A stretch of 64,000 nt of DNA from Laetmonice hystrix (lineage: Eukaryota). The stretch is taken from the NCBI GenBank assembly GCA_965235115.1, contig OZ249437.1, forward strand, positions 51,956,001 to 52,020,000. Reading direction: 5' to 3'. Below are positions 23,351 to 37,869 of this stretch, in pieces; the stretch's first letter is position 1, and each line of letters starts with the position of its first letter. Under the pieces are notes generated by a model, which saw only the letters and a list, made by a program, of their open reading frames with translations, did no database searches and was not told the origin of the DNA. Both the position numbers and the translations under genes were made by a program.

Positions 23351-26300
23351 GGCCCGGGTCAGTCCTAATACACCAAGGGGATCAGTGCAGCTAACACCGC
23401 CGACGGCGACACGCACGGACCGTCCAGATCAAGCTGCCACGGCCTAAATGATGGACAGATATTCATCCACCAAAAATGCAATAACCTTCATTTGTGTGTT
23501 TTTCCATTGCCCAGATACCTGATCCTATCGTTAGAGGTGCAGCCACGGGACCACCCCCACTGAATATCAAGCACGCATTTGATAGGCTCACCGAATAGCC
23601 AGGCAGGGCAATACTGTTAATCTATTTGTCCAACGCTTGATGTTGGTATGCTTCATGCTCCTGAAGGCAAGGAAGGGGTCAGGGCAGGCTGATCTCCTCC
23701 GACCACATCGTCCCTTCTGATGAAACCCGCTCTCTGCCTTACTACCTTCCAAATCTCGGTAAAAAGATTATCCCTATCTCCTGGTTACTTCAAGCCCCAC
23801 ATCCTCCCACTTGAATCCACCAAATCTTCACCAAAGGAACCACCAGGGTAATCGCCTCTGAGTAAGGTTATCTCTCTAAACTTAGCAAGCCGAAGACCCG
23901 GGTTCTCCACCAAAATGAAGTGTTTGCAAGGACTAATCCCATCCAGCAGATTGGTACTACACGAGGTAAATGTTCAGTGAGTAGACTCATTACGATGGAG
24001 CTGGGCCGAGAAAGTGAATCAAGACCAGAGTTTGCTGATGCGCCCCCTCAGGATACTATTTGGTCACCAGCAGGTAATGACCACAACCACGCAATATGGC
24101 AGTACGTCGCAAATCAGCACCTAATGTCGTGCAACCATATCAGTTTGCGCTCCTCTCAGTGAATAATGCCCTTGGTATGCAATACGGCTTCAGCAGCAAT
24201 CAAGGCAATTCTAATCTTATTATCTCAATGCTCACTCAGCAGGTGCTACGTGTTGATGACCACTTTCCGATATATTTCAACATACGACTTACATTCCACA
24301 CATAGATATTTCGAGCTGGCTCACACAGTGCCGAGGAAAGAGTAGTCATGACCACATTCCTGTTTAAATCCCAGGACGGTGGACTGTCCCTTTTCATGTT
24401 ATAATACGAATGTCACCTCTCCTAGTGACAAGCAGCTAGTTTTCCCACAGCCAAACAGCCTGACCACTCCCAGTCAGTGCTTGTTTCGCCCATTCATCAC
24501 TTGAGTCACCTCATTTGTGTGGCAGAGCAGGTCGCCCTGTCCCAAACGTCTATCCTGGCCAGCCTCCACAAGCATGACAAGCTTGCTAGTTGAGTGTTTG
24601 TACTGGGGTAGATTGTAGCTGGAGCTAAGGCCATGGGACAGTGGGGAAACTGTAAGATACAGGGCTCGGAACCTGAGATATTGGCTCACATGGTTTGAAT
24701 TAATATGGAAAAACTTCCTTCTTTACGAATGATTAAAAAAAAAAACCATCCACAACCCAGCTTAACTACCAATATGATCTTATTTTACAATAAGTTTATT
24801 ACATGGAGGTCGTTGTTTTATCTTAGCTTTCCAGTCTGTTACAGCTGAGATCTTTCCAGACTGATTACACATGGTTTCATACAAGTAAGTCTGCTATTCA
24901 GCGAATTCAGTCCTGTATATTATCTGGTGTTTGGTTAGGACGACATAGTCCCCGTATTTCATTGGTATGCCGCCGTGTCCACCAGACTGTACTAGTTGGG
25001 AGGTTGGCTTCTCGCCCAGTCTTGCCATAGTACGGGACTTCATCATTTTTCCATACTCTATCAACGTCCTCGACTGCGTGAGTCTGTGGAACCTGTTGTG
25101 TCATTGATTATGTTGTGGACTGCCAATAGAAAACCTGTGGCTTCGTCGACCTTGATGATCCACACAGCTCAATCCTGTACGTGTTAGGATCAATGGTCTG
25201 GTCCTACAGATTACAGCCACAGAACCAATCCTCATCGTGGGAAACACTGCTACATAATACCACTAGCTCACTCCCATACTGACTGACGCAACACTTATCA
25301 ACGCCACAATATGGTCTCCCAATTCCATCCTTCATCCCACTTCTGTTGACACCACACACATTTTCACACAGCATCATGCAAGCCATTTGCAGTATTTTTC
25401 CCCGCCAATTTTCAGCTCTGCCTTCCTTGCCCTCTGTGGACGCTACACTTCCAGGTCACCTGCTGCCAGCCAACTCCCCGACCTAGATGGCTGACCTGAT
25501 CGCGTGTATATTGTCCGGGACTAGCCATAAAGTCGGTCTTGTGGCCGCCTCCGCACGCCGCCTCTATGACCGATCATACAATCCAAACCATTTTTTGTAA
25601 TCGTTGGTGGCACTTACACTGGCCTGTCATACCGCCCGCCCTGCCCGCTTAGCCAGAAACAAGGGGGGGGGGGTCTATTTCAGGATAATACGGAAGACCC
25701 ACCCATGATAGGTCTTTGATATTACCGACCTAACTCCAAAGCCCAACTCGGGCGCCATGACTATAAACTGTCATTTTCTGGGATGGATAGCTGGGAGAGG
25801 ACATCTCCGACCCTCGCCGTGCCTTGGTACCAACGTCCACTATATAATTCTATCTGTTCCAACCCCACTGCTTGGGAGAGCTTGGGTTTTCCATTTAATT
25901 CTCACTATTCACCAATATATTATCCCCAAAATACTTTAAATTTTCAGACAGAGAGGTCATCATCATCTTACTTCAATTAACCCCGATAATCGCCGCCAAC
26001 CCTTCAAACTTCTTCCTAAATCATCAAACCCTACTTCAGACCCTCCCACAAAACAGCCTTTGACATCCAGACCTTGCCTCACATCTAGTGTCCGACCATT
26101 CACCCTTCTTTAAGACCCTCTAATGAACACTAAGTCTAACCCAACCCCCCACAAACCCCTTCATTCTTGTACCTCCCTCCACTTTAACTCTCCCCCGTAA
26201 CTCGACGTCCAGCGTATAGCATCCTACAGTCTCCATTATCAGTCAATTTCACCCCATTCCTGACCTCACTTTATATAATCTTTGCCGACCACCCCTACAG

Positions 26301-27894
26301 GGGGCGCTGCCAACAGGTTTGCGGGTTGAGACCATCACATGGGTCCCACAGCCTGCAGCCCACACTGCGGCAGTGGCCTCCTCCCCGTCCACCCCCATCA
26401 CGACAGATTCACTTAGTCTCGCCCCAACTTCTTTCATTGCCACCAAACAATGAGCAGATTAACCTCTCGTCCCCGGAATGCTGATAGCCACACCCACGTC
26501 CGAGCACATTCACGGCAGGCAAAAAGCCTAATATTAGGTCACACCAATTCCAATCACAATGGCCTGCTAAATGGTCCAGGCTCGGGCTGCCTGTTAACAA
26601 GCCCTAATGCTCGGGGTGTGCCGAGAAGAACCATAGATCTTCCGCAAGATTAGCGGGGACTTTAAATGATGTCGGTGACCAAGCAGTTGATCACTGTCCA
26701 GCTGTCAGTGACTGGGAAAACGAATCAGACCTCAGAGAGCCTGTCGGGCGGTGGTCACGCCTGGCCCTGGCGGCCTCGACCACTGCTACCTGTCGGATCT
26801 ATTCACAGACACTCAACACACCTCAAAACAACATACAACATTCAACCTTACGGCTGTGCTACTCCGGCCGAGTCAGTACAACATTTAATAATTATAGACG
26901 ACATGACTGGCTTGTGCTTCATATCATGTGTTGGCGAGGAATAAGTTTTAACTTCAGACCGTATGATGAATGTTACCTTCAGGCCTATCAAAACTCTACT
27001 TATCTGCCACATTTTATGACAGATTTTTGCTCAAAGCTCTGGGTGTCTCGCCTCCATGATGTTGGGGAAAATAACAGTGAGAATGTCAAAGCAGACAGAG
27101 ACTTTCCAGTCCAGCGGCCTTTCTCCCCTGTGGCCACTAGGACTTATTATTAACACTACAGATGGCGCCACAGTTAGAGACGGGCCACTTAATATCGTAC
27201 TCCTGCTGCTGCAGCTGCTGCTGAGGGATAGACAAAAATACTTCGAACAAAATTACAGAAGAAAATCTGGTTTGTCACGTCGACTGACACAGGACTGGGC
27301 CGTCAATATTTGGCCTATCAGCACATCCTACAGCGGCAGGTCTGTGGCGGAGAGCAGGGTGGGAACCGAGAATCCTGACGACATGCCAACCAAACATTTC
27401 CACGACACTTCACACAGTCTAATGTCAGGGTAATCAGGCAGCCAGAGTTGTGCCTGCTGGCCCCACAATACTGAGGATAACTTTTATCGCTGCTCTCACA
27501 CGCTGTAGACCTGGTACACTTACAGAATGCCCTTTCATGCCGTACAGACGCACTGTTTTTGAAACCAAAGTCAATCACGCTTTCCTGCCCTACAGCTGCA
27601 TGCAGCTTTCCAGCGCTGCCCATATTTTGGAATGGCAGTGCCCAGCCTGACAAGCGATTTGGTCGTTTAACATTTGTTTTGTTGAAGTCACGCAGGAGCA
27701 GCAGCTGCAGGAGCAGCTGGACAAGCTTCCGTGAGGGCACGCGATCCCTGGTGACTGGGGACCCTGGAAGGAAGGACCTGGCTGTCCCGACCAAAGTCCC
27801 CCCCCCCCACCCCCTCCTCCTCGGTCCTCCTGATGACCGGCCTCAGCTCGGCTCAATGGATAGGCCTCCAACAGTCTGGGAGTTAGGAGGAGGG

Positions 27895-28120
27895 GGATGT
27901 CTGGGTGCTATCTGTGTACTGCCCGGGGTGGCTCTGTGTTAATGCCAGGGCTGACTGGCAGCTGGCATGTCCTGATTGAGGACCTGATGGAGACTGATCA
28001 TCAGCTGGCCCCAGCATCACCCTGCTCAGGCCACCGCTTCCTTCCTCCCTCCACCCCGGTTATCTGCCAACAAAAGGCCCTCCACTGGCACGCCGATAAC
28101 ATCGATAACATTGATGGAGG
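27895..28120 (+). pseudogene. Possible eroded LINE APE-endonuclease remnant
   Basis: DVWVLSVYCP, then in a shifted frame LIISWPQHHP, recall the xIxSVYxPP and IIxGDFNAHHP motifs; frameshifted. Confidence 0.25.
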
Positions 28121-30193
28121 AGGGCCCTGACCAAGATACAAAGGTGGCTTCCAATTGTCACAGATTAGATACAGCCAGGCCTCCTACTGCTATAGTGGGA
28201 CATAATAACATTGGTCCAGTACATGCCTTACCATTACCATATGAACTATGGTGACGCAAACGGTTTTCGTTTAGTCATTTTGCATTGTTTTCCCGAAGCC
28301 CCAGATCACCGAATTCCTATCTGGGAAACTAAATTTCATATGGAAGTTGTGGTGACGTCACACTGTCTATCTCGTATCAATGAATAACGTAATATTATGA
28401 GGTCAGGACCGTAATATTATGAGGACCTGTCCCAGTCAACCAGTCTAGCCAGACCAACCCCTTTGTGCATTCCAATAATGTCTCGTTGGTATAAACAAAC
28501 GGTAGTGAGGGACAATGGCGACCTCAGCCCCCCTGAACCTAACACCGCCTTGGCCCACTCAGCCACACCTTCAGGCCAAACCTAAGCTTCGGCCTGCAGT
28601 TTCACTTTCCTCCTGGCGGGGTTTCTCCACGGCAACCCGACCCAACCAACCCCCAGACGCCCCAAGCCACATGATGGTAGGGAAGAAATTAGTAAGCAAA
28701 CAGCTCACAGTGGGATTGCCGGGCATGTAAACCACTGGTCGGCCCAAGGTTGGCCTCCAACCAGCTGGCCGCCTGCCTCTGTGAACAACACAAGAATTTC
28801 TGTCTCCAGACTGGCAGAAATGATGAAGGACCTTGGCTCTTCGGGAACGCCTGACCGAGATCTCGGCTCACCTGAGCGTTCAGGTCACTCCTCTATCGAA
28901 GTTTGAAGGTTGTCGGGCAAATAATTCCAGCACCCTTTGTTTCACCCCTTTTGGCAAAATCAACGCTTGATGGCAAATAACAAAATTCAATCTGTCATAC
29001 TGATTTACAATACAAGTCTTGATATTCTTTTTCTGCAGAATTAATCAAGAATCCTCATAGGCACTGTTACGTCCTTTAATGAACACATTCCTTGAGCATT
29101 ATAACAGAAAGCCATCAAAGGCATACAGAAAGAATACATAAGACTAAACCCTGTTACAGATCTACTTATCTTTGAAAGCATTCAGCCCAGTTTGTGGGTG
29201 AACAGGGGAGTGTACACATGGCTTCACTAAAACGTCAGTTCTAAGTGTCAAGGCATTTTGTCTCCTTTGCCTCAAGAATATACTTCCGGCTCTATCCAAT
29301 GTTGGTACATAAAATAGGTTAATGCCAGGCTTCATACACTCTTCCTCCGTTACTTAGGCTATCCAAAAACCCCTTTACGGGTTTCATTCAATGTAGAACT
29401 AGACCACTGAAACCAATAGAGTCGGCGACTCTGCTTTTTAAGTGCTGGTCCTCTCAAGCTAATTCCTCCTGTGAGACCACCTTTGGAATTCTCGCTAAAA
29501 AGAAGCCTTTATTTATCTATGCTCCAAGTCAGTCCGATTAGCGACGTGTTACTTATTTAAGGTTTGGGCATCGCTTTCCATGATGTACACCGGGTTGTTA
29601 TGCTGATTTACATCCGACCACCTGCATGGAATAGTGTTCACATGTCTTCCGTCATCCCAAAAGGTAACCTCTGCTTCAGCACGAATCGATAGCAGCCTAT
29701 CCATTCAGAACATAAAAGACTACACCCTCCCATTAGTGTCAAGATTTGCTTGAGGTGGTCAAACCCTTAACCTTGAAGAGAAGGGAAGCAGTTCAGCCTT
29801 CCAGCATTGCTCGCTGGTGCTGGTCAGTCGATTCTCCCCCGACCGCATGGAAGCCACTGATTTCAATAGCACTGTCGTCTGCTCACTTCAATCCAATCTC
29901 ACCAGCCGAAATCTAGGACTCATCGACTTCATTTATCTTTCTTTTCTTCTCTTTATGTTATCGGGATAAAATTTCAAATTAAGTTAATACAAAACAGTTA
30001 CAATCTCTTCAAATCCTCATCTTTTGACGCTTTATTTCGGTTTTTTTCGGGCAGAGACGCAGTTCTTGGAACTTGAAACTGAAACATCCATCTACTTACA
30101 TCTCAGATGTAGCAGGTCAGGGGGCTGCATACAAATTAATGATACCCGACGTCTGAGCCATTTTTTAAAGTAAAGAGATGTAAAAATACTTAC

Positions 30194-30236
30194 TTCTGAT
30201 CTGTTTACCAATCTTCTTCTCCTCTGCCAACCAGAA
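30194..30236 (-). CDS. EPB41: Protein 4.1 exon (FWLAEEKKIGKQIR), 43 nt, phase 0/1
   Basis: Acceptor ttgtgttgcAG and donor GTAAGT. Matches the FERM WLxxxKxIxKQ motif; phases join both neighbours. Too short for the ORF track. Confidence 0.92.
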
Positions 30237-33200
30237 CTGCAACACAAACAAGACAATATTTAGGACAATGAGATTTGAATACAAGAGGATGGGCTTCTTT
30301 TATTCCTCATCAGTCTAAAGTTAATTGATAGCCATTCTGCACATAAATTGGTGCTCTTGACTCCCTCTCCTTCCTACATAATATTTGTTTACGATCATTA
30401 TCAGGGTGTCTCACTCCTTCCAAGACAGATTATGTAGTTCAGGTTTGGGTATAATTATTAATTAATACGTCACAAGATGGCCGGCAGGCCCATTCTTGAA
30501 GCTAATCAGTTTGACAGTTTATTTATTCTTAATTAAGTAACCCTCGATGCACCCTCCCCCCCCCCCCGCCCCTTAAGAAGCAAAAATCATTTCCACATCG
30601 CTTACCCCTGAAGTGAGAAATCCACGCAAAGACCAAATTAAATTGGTAGTGTGAATTACGAAGTAATCAGGGGAAAGGTAGAGCATAACTCTCTTAATTT
30701 ACATAACTTAAAAGGTTGACACTCAAAACCTTATCTAAATACCAGGTGCGACACATTTTCATTTCTTTCCTTGTTTCAACTGTTAGTTGAGTTTTGGATT
30801 GAAAACCTGATCAGATTTGGTAAATTCTTTGCTGTGGCTCTTTGAAATTTGATTATACTGCTGCATTCATTCAATTTCTGGGGATTTTACCAAGAACAAT
30901 GCAACTTTTAAAAAGCTTTTGCCGGTGGAGTTTGGTAGCTAGTTGGATGCTCTTACGAACACACCATCTCAGTTCAAAAACTTTTAAAACACTTCAATCA
31001 GATAAGAAGGCAATAAAGTTCAAGGTTGAAACTTTATGGAATGAAAGTGGGACCTATATTTCCCGATATACGAAATATCCCTATTGTATTCTAAGAAAAA
31101 CATTGCGCTTTAAAAACGCAAATCTTAGAATCATACTTAGCTGATATATTAACGATTTCGTAATTTTTAGAAGCTCGTAAGGCGATGTTGCCCTCGCTAT
31201 TGTAGCTTAATCATCCGGGGTCATATTGGCTGCCAAATTGACAGTACATATAACTTCTGGCGCCAGCTTTCCATCTATATATCCCCGGCTGCCTTGGAAC
31301 CATGGCAGGAATTATTGGTTAGTTCAGCCTGTCTCCCCCCCCCCCCTCTCCACCCACCGTCCAGGCCACCTATTAGTGTCTTGTTTTTATAGCCTGTGGT
31401 GAACCCAAGCTGGACGTTTTTGCACCGGCGGCAGTCCATAACGTCTAGGGTCAGAGCGAAGTTCTGGATTCCGTCGGGGACTGTCGTGGGGAGTAATGCC
31501 ATTTCCCCTGCTACTTTTACTAGCCAGTGCTCGTTACTGGGTGCCCAAGGACCTGACCGGGGGCATGAGTCCTGAGGTGAGCTCAGTAACAGCAGGCAGA
31601 CACGACCACACGGCCTGGTGATCAGTCTGTGTTCGCTGTCGACACAGAAAGTCCCTGTGGTGGCACGTCAGGGCATGCTGCCACCAGGGCTGTCGTCCCA
31701 GAGTAATGGTCAGGCCCTGTACGGCAAGCCACCTGGAGACAGGCGTACTGAGTGGCCACATCACAGGGCGCGCACAAACTAGGACATGCATGAACATCTC
31801 ATACAAATTCTACGAGGTGTCCGGTGGGCACCACTGGTTTGTGGACAGTTCTTATCTGTTCAAATTCACTGTTGAATTCCATTATCCTGCAGAACAATAT
31901 CGTGCTGGTGCATGAACATGGTGATCTCGGGAATTTAGATCACCAAAGTGATTAAGAGGAGACGGCCGCATATCGTACCCCTCTGTCTAGCCCGTGGTTT
32001 GCGGTGCTTGCTTCACGCCTCCAACACTACAATTATCTTCCCCCCTAAGTGTTGTATTCTCTTTGGGCCCTTGCCTCTCGGCCCGTCCGTCCCTCCTGAC
32101 CATTTGAAGAATTTCCTCAGGATCCAGCAGAAGTTGAGTCATGGACCCACTTAACCACTGAGGACATGGCCGAGAGGGCCCGAGACCTCAGACGCTGTGC
32201 TATGCCACAAGATGAGTTAAACAGAGTCTGATGATAAAAGACGAATGAGGAACGTTTGGGGAGGCCCCAGTTTGTTCTATCAATATCAGTACACCCCAAA
32301 CCCTCCCGACCTTGTATTCGCTCCAACCCAAACATGAAATCAATTTGTCATCGAGATCTGTATTGATTCAGCCTCACACTGACGCTCTGGGAGCTACCTC
32401 TAATGGGGCCACTTCCCCTAACCACAAGTCCATTATTGACATCCTTGTTTATTCCATGTCAAATCTAGAATGTGCATCTTGGTATTTTATCAAGTTGGCT
32501 GATGCTCTCGAGGAAGTCACACAGAGGTCTGAAAACTGTTTCAAGAGGGCCCATCTAACTGCTAGTCTCCTGTCCCAAATACCGGACACTCCCAACATCC
32601 AATTAGAGCAAATTAACAGGATGTGCACAGCCTGCTGATTAAGTCGTGATGAACTATTTCATGCCACTCCACTTTGATAGTTTACTGCAGTATACAACTG
32701 ACCTAATTTGCTCGCAATATCGGGCCTTCAGCTCACAAGCACGTTTTCAAAGCTCACTCGGCCCTTACTAAACAGAACCTTCCGCGGTTGCCCTATCGCA
32801 GCTTTTCTAGCTCTCTATGAAAGCGATTGCAGATTCTTTGATGAACAAATTTATTGGGGATTATTCCGTGGGAGCAGGCCTTCAAATCAAAATAAGTGAA
32901 AACAATGTAAACATAATGAGAAAAACAATGAGTTTGGACAATTAAATGTGGCGTTTACGGCAATCGTAGATCCTCACAAAAGTATCCATTACCATATTTA
33001 GGGATGGATTTTTGTGCAATTCACATCCATCAGTGGTACAGGACGCTTGCTTGGTGACGTTCAGGTTTGGGCTTCTTTGGCGTCGAACTGAGGAGACTGC
33101 TGTGAATCCACTGAGGCATAAATTACTATCAGAAATTCATCAGACCCCCTCCAAGCTTCCAGAGCTCATCATGTGCTCGGTGGTTCATTAGAAAAAGAAA

Positions 33201-35924
33201 GCACGTTTCTCCTATTTTTTATGCCATTCCCAATTACCAACGCCCAAATTGCATCTCTCTACTAGTGTGGCAACACCAGATGGCTTTTGGACCACTAGCT
33301 CACGTCCATTGTCGTCTTTTTTTCCTTTTCCACCTGCATGGGCTCCGGTGGATTAGTCAGGCGCGCGCTCTTGCCGGCGCCGCTCAACATAGCAATCTGT
33401 GAATCGAGATTATCTCCTTCATTGCTCGCGTCTAGTCACGTGCACGTGTATGTGTGCCCACTTTTGGTGCATGTATCTTTGAAAAATCACGTCGTTAATG
33501 GCACTGTGAGGGTCACTTTACATTCTGCCATGTATTAGTTACAGCAAGGATGGTGAATGATCATTCTACCATCCTTGGTTACCGTCGCTGTAGAATAACA
33601 AAAGATGCAGGTCCTATGTCCTGTGACAGTGCCACAGTTTCGGCATCCACTACATGATGATAGCAACTGACAACTCTCCACTGTTAGCTAACTGCATGGC
33701 ACTCAATATATTACTTTAGCCCCCTCCATTCGATCCTTTAATAATACTGTCTGCCACTATTTCATCCTTGAGTGAAGATTATTTTCCTCAGAAATACAAG
33801 TCCGCGAGGTCGGCCTTCAGGTAAACTCTGTAGCTATCCAATTCGATTGATGCTCAGCGCTAATTTGTCGGTTTCATTACAGCTCCAGTGACGCGACCGT
33901 TTCTTCACCTTCAGTGGAAATCATAACTTTGAGAAGGAAAGTTATAATAACACTTCCTTTCCTCTCAAGCATTATAATGCTGTCTGAGCCGCCTTGTTCA
34001 TTCTTTACAGTCCAATTCAAGGTCTGAAAAAATCTAGATGCTTCATATCTGATGAGCGCCGAGTGGCTTACAATACTGTTCAACACAAGTAAAACATGTC
34101 AGCAATCAATGAGTAAATACCTGATTGATTTATCCATCCTAGTAGTGGTTGATACTGGTAAACAGTATCTACGAGCGCCCGCACTGTACATCCATACTAC
34201 TGGCCCTTCTCCCCTAATTTACAGACCCCACAACATCGCCCACTTCCATCTAAATTTTCCAGACATCAACAAGAGTTCAAGGTCTGCAATCACGTTGTCG
34301 TCGAAGAGATCTCAAAGCCTTAACGTGCAGCCTCTCACCGGTAAACGGTCCTAATTGAGCGTGGGCCGGCGAGGTGGGAGGTGCGGCACGCTCGTAGTGC
34401 CCCCTAACAATGTCCCCCTCCGACCTCCCCAGGAAGGCCCATCGAAATGGCTAGGTACATAAGCTGATAGGAGCCTGAATCACACTGATTTGGCAATGGC
34501 TATAGAGCAGGAGGCCATACCATTTTCCCGGTGCTGATTGCTTGTTTTCCTATCAAACTTCCAGCCTTGTACCTTTTACTACTGTCAGTTTTGTGGATGT
34601 CTACAAGTGACTAAATTGAGGACACACCGGGAAATGGTGATAAATTAGTACGGTGTCGACCAATTACCAACAAATCCAGGGGATAAACCCCCCATACAAG
34701 CTTAATCTCTTTCCTTTTCATAACAGCGAGAGGTGGAAAAAAAGAAGGCCGGAAGAGATAGAAATGAAAGGAAAGGAGATCGAGGGAATCGCCCCCTCAT
34801 CTCTTCACTGCATACCAGTAGCAGGACTGACTTCCAACTGACCATCTCCTCTAAACGTCTAAGTCAATCAGCAGACATTGGCTTATCCTTCTATCCAAGG
34901 TTAGGAGCCTCTTATACCTCCTGTTCCTTGGCCTTGGTCAGGTTCTCACTGCTGCCTCCGGAGCAACTTCCCCCGGGCAACTTTCTGATCGAGGGAATCC
35001 GGCCGCCCATCTGCGAAGTTACCCCGGGCTAAGCGCGTTCACATACAGCTCACCACCACTGACCCGGGTATTACCCGGAGGGAAATCCTCAGTGTGAACC
35101 TGCCCTGAGACCCAGGTCGTTTTACCTGCCACCGGGTTCATCAGGTGAAGACGACAGACATCACACCTGTGTGTGCCACGAATAGAAATAGGTGGGTCCC
35201 TTGATGGTGTTTTCTCAGTCGATAATGGCATTGGCATATATCTGTATCTTGACCTCAGCGCACGTTGAACGTTCCTACCTAGGGTTAGCCACATAATTGA
35301 CGAACACAAATGGTTATCACCCTTTGCCCCTGTGTTCTCGCCACCTAAATAACACCCTCAGCCAACACACCTGTGTTGGGTTACAACGTACGAATTTCAA
35401 GTGCCTTATACAAAAAATGTTACCTGCTTACCATACAATGTCGACGTTTGTGTTGAACAACGCAGCACAACAACAAAATGGGAAACAACACGCAACTCTC
35501 ATTGGAACTCCTTTGCACTAGAGATCAGATAGATCAGTTTGAATCTCAGCACATTTTGAAGTACCCGACAGTTAAAACGGCACGTGGCCAGTCCACATTT
35601 TGGGAACCCCCCACCCCAACTCTACCCATGATAATCTTCCGCCGGTCTGTAGTGTAGGAAACTTGTTAACCAAAGTGTTATGTTTGAACTCTGCCACGGT
35701 GATCTTTGGTCTGCCTTTTCACCGCCGCCTTAGCGACACAGATGTCACAGCACTCCCCGGTGTCCGGCAGAAAGTGTTCCATTGCGTGCCTGGCGGCTGT
35801 AGACGGTTCCAACAGACAGGTCATGTCAGCAGTCACACGTCACGTCAAAACAGTCACGACGTACAGTAGCCAGGGGGGTCAGTGGGGAACGCGCAGCCGA
35901 CACCTGGCGTCTGTGCCAGATTAC

Positions 35925-36126
35925 CACAATTACCGACTCGACGCACGCAATGTGGAAAAATTCCAGATCGGAATTTTCAATCTGCTGATTTCATCATCCC
36001 GCAAAAACAGAAATTGGATTTACTGGAACGCAGCCACATGGCCAAGGCTCGTACACCTTGATGAACACGAGATTTTGTTCATACTTTTAGTAAATAGTAA
36101 GAATTCCAGACATTTTTCCAGTCTCC
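35925..36126 (-). pseudogene. Possible L1/Tx1-type ORF2 C-terminal (zf-RVT-like) remnant
   Basis: DWKNVWNS...KV*TKSR...FCFCG...IFPHC recalls the WxxVW...CxFCG...HxFxxC pattern; two stops. Confidence 0.25.
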
Positions 36127-37764
36127 TGGTGTAAAACGGCATACTTCAAATTCTGTGGCCCATCCAGATCCTGGATGCCCATCCAGATCCTGGATTGTTA
36201 CAGACTGATCCACGAAGGAAATAGAAATTTATTCTAACTGAAACTATAGCTATCCTAAACAAAAATCGTCTGCGGGGCACCAGTGACGAACAATTCGTAC
36301 AAGCCTGAAGGCCAAACACGTACTCCGCTAACGTTATCACAGATCCATTAGAAACGTCTAGGCTTGACCAACACACAGAAGAACAGGGCGAGGGGCAGCA
36401 CCTCCTCACAACTGCTGGTAGGCTAAGAGGCCACTGCCCAGACACTAGCTAATCTCATTACAACCTGTGGCCTCCAACTTTAGAAGAATACCGACGGCGA
36501 CACCATATAGTCCTCCAAGGTTCTTCATCACAAATTATGGCTTGCCGCATTTCTCAGACGTGCCGTTTGATGCCCGGAGGCATCATCTGACATCTTCGAT
36601 TAGGATACAGAAAACCTTTTACATGGTTTCAGAACAGAACAAGGGCGTAGAGGTCAAAGTATTACGAGGACATCCTTCAGCCAAACTTTAGGCATACCAA
36701 AACCACGGCGTAGATTTCTCATCAATATCTTAAACGCTGACATCACTTTGTACAATATGAATCCAACATTCTAACGTATAACGTCCCTGTAACCCAGAAG
36801 GAATCACTGGCCCTCTGTGCGATGGGCTTGTCGCCAGAGGAACCATTCTAGCAACCAATCATAAACCCCAGAACCGATATCAGGAACCCCAACACAATGT
36901 TAACTGATGATGACACGGTCTCACGCTTGCTATCACGCTCGGACTACTATAATAGCCGTCCACCACTGTCATTGCCACTATGATGGTGTCCTTTGTACAA
37001 GACTTCACTTCAGGCTGTCAGCTGGCCAAGATTAAAGGGTCCAGTATGTCAGATCCACTGAAATGGGATGGGTGGCATGCCGACAGCTAGGACAGACCGA
37101 CGTCTCCTTTGATTCCAGGTTGGTTGGGTCCGAGTCAGGTCCGTGCACAAGGAGCAGGACAAGCTCAGGGTAAGCCGGAGGAGGACCTCCTCTACGATGG
37201 ATGGGGGGGGGGGGGGGGGGGGGTCTAATGGAATTCTGTGCCTGCGGTCGCGACCACCTCTGATCGCGGCCCTGTCCTGTACTGCCTGAGTTTTCCAATC
37301 TGACCAGCAACACGGGATTTATACAAATATGACTATATCTGCCCACTAATGTTCAACAGCTCGTTCAGTACCGGGGTAATTTCTGGGTAAATACCAAGAA
37401 ATGTTCACTACCATCATATTCCATTTCAAAGGATTTTACTCGCTTGAATCTGATAAAAAAATGGCCACGTTATTGGGGATTGGGATCAGATATATAGGTT
37501 CTTTACACGATCTGGATTTCCTTGAACCGAGATTCGCTTCTTATTGAAAATAATGCGGAACTCTAGGTTCTCAGTGTTATAGTTCACAAAAGACAATCTA
37601 AAACTCGCTACAACCTTCTGACATTATGGGAAAACGTCAAGCTGGCGACGGCAGGGACAATTTCACGACCTCCTCTAAAAAATGACAATACTGAGCGGGC
37701 CATAACTGCTCAGAAGTGGAAAAATAATGTAAAAAGACGAACCACTGAATGGGCGTGTGCTTAC

Positions 37765-37869
37765 CTTTACATCTTGAGAATCTCTGAAGCAGATAGCGAA
37801 ATAGTCCTTCTCGAGGAGGTTTAGGTGCTCACACACCTTGTCCAGCAGCACCTGGCCCTTGGCCTTCTT
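37765..37869 (-). CDS. EPB41: Protein 4.1/coracle exon, FERM F1 lobe ([35 protein letters not shown]), 105 nt, phase 0/0
   Basis: Acceptor gtgtgttacAG and donor GTAAGC. Translation matches the 4.1-family motif [24 protein letters not shown]. Confidence 0.95.

Noticed and set aside
23159-23447. Repetitive ORFs (PTRPADQASRPGQ and others)
   Set aside because: Translations of the 13-bp minisatellite.
29548-29690. Short minus-strand ORF MDRLLSIRAEAEVTFWDD as an alternative first exon
   Set aside because: The potential donor falls in phase 2, whereas the next exon needs phase 1.
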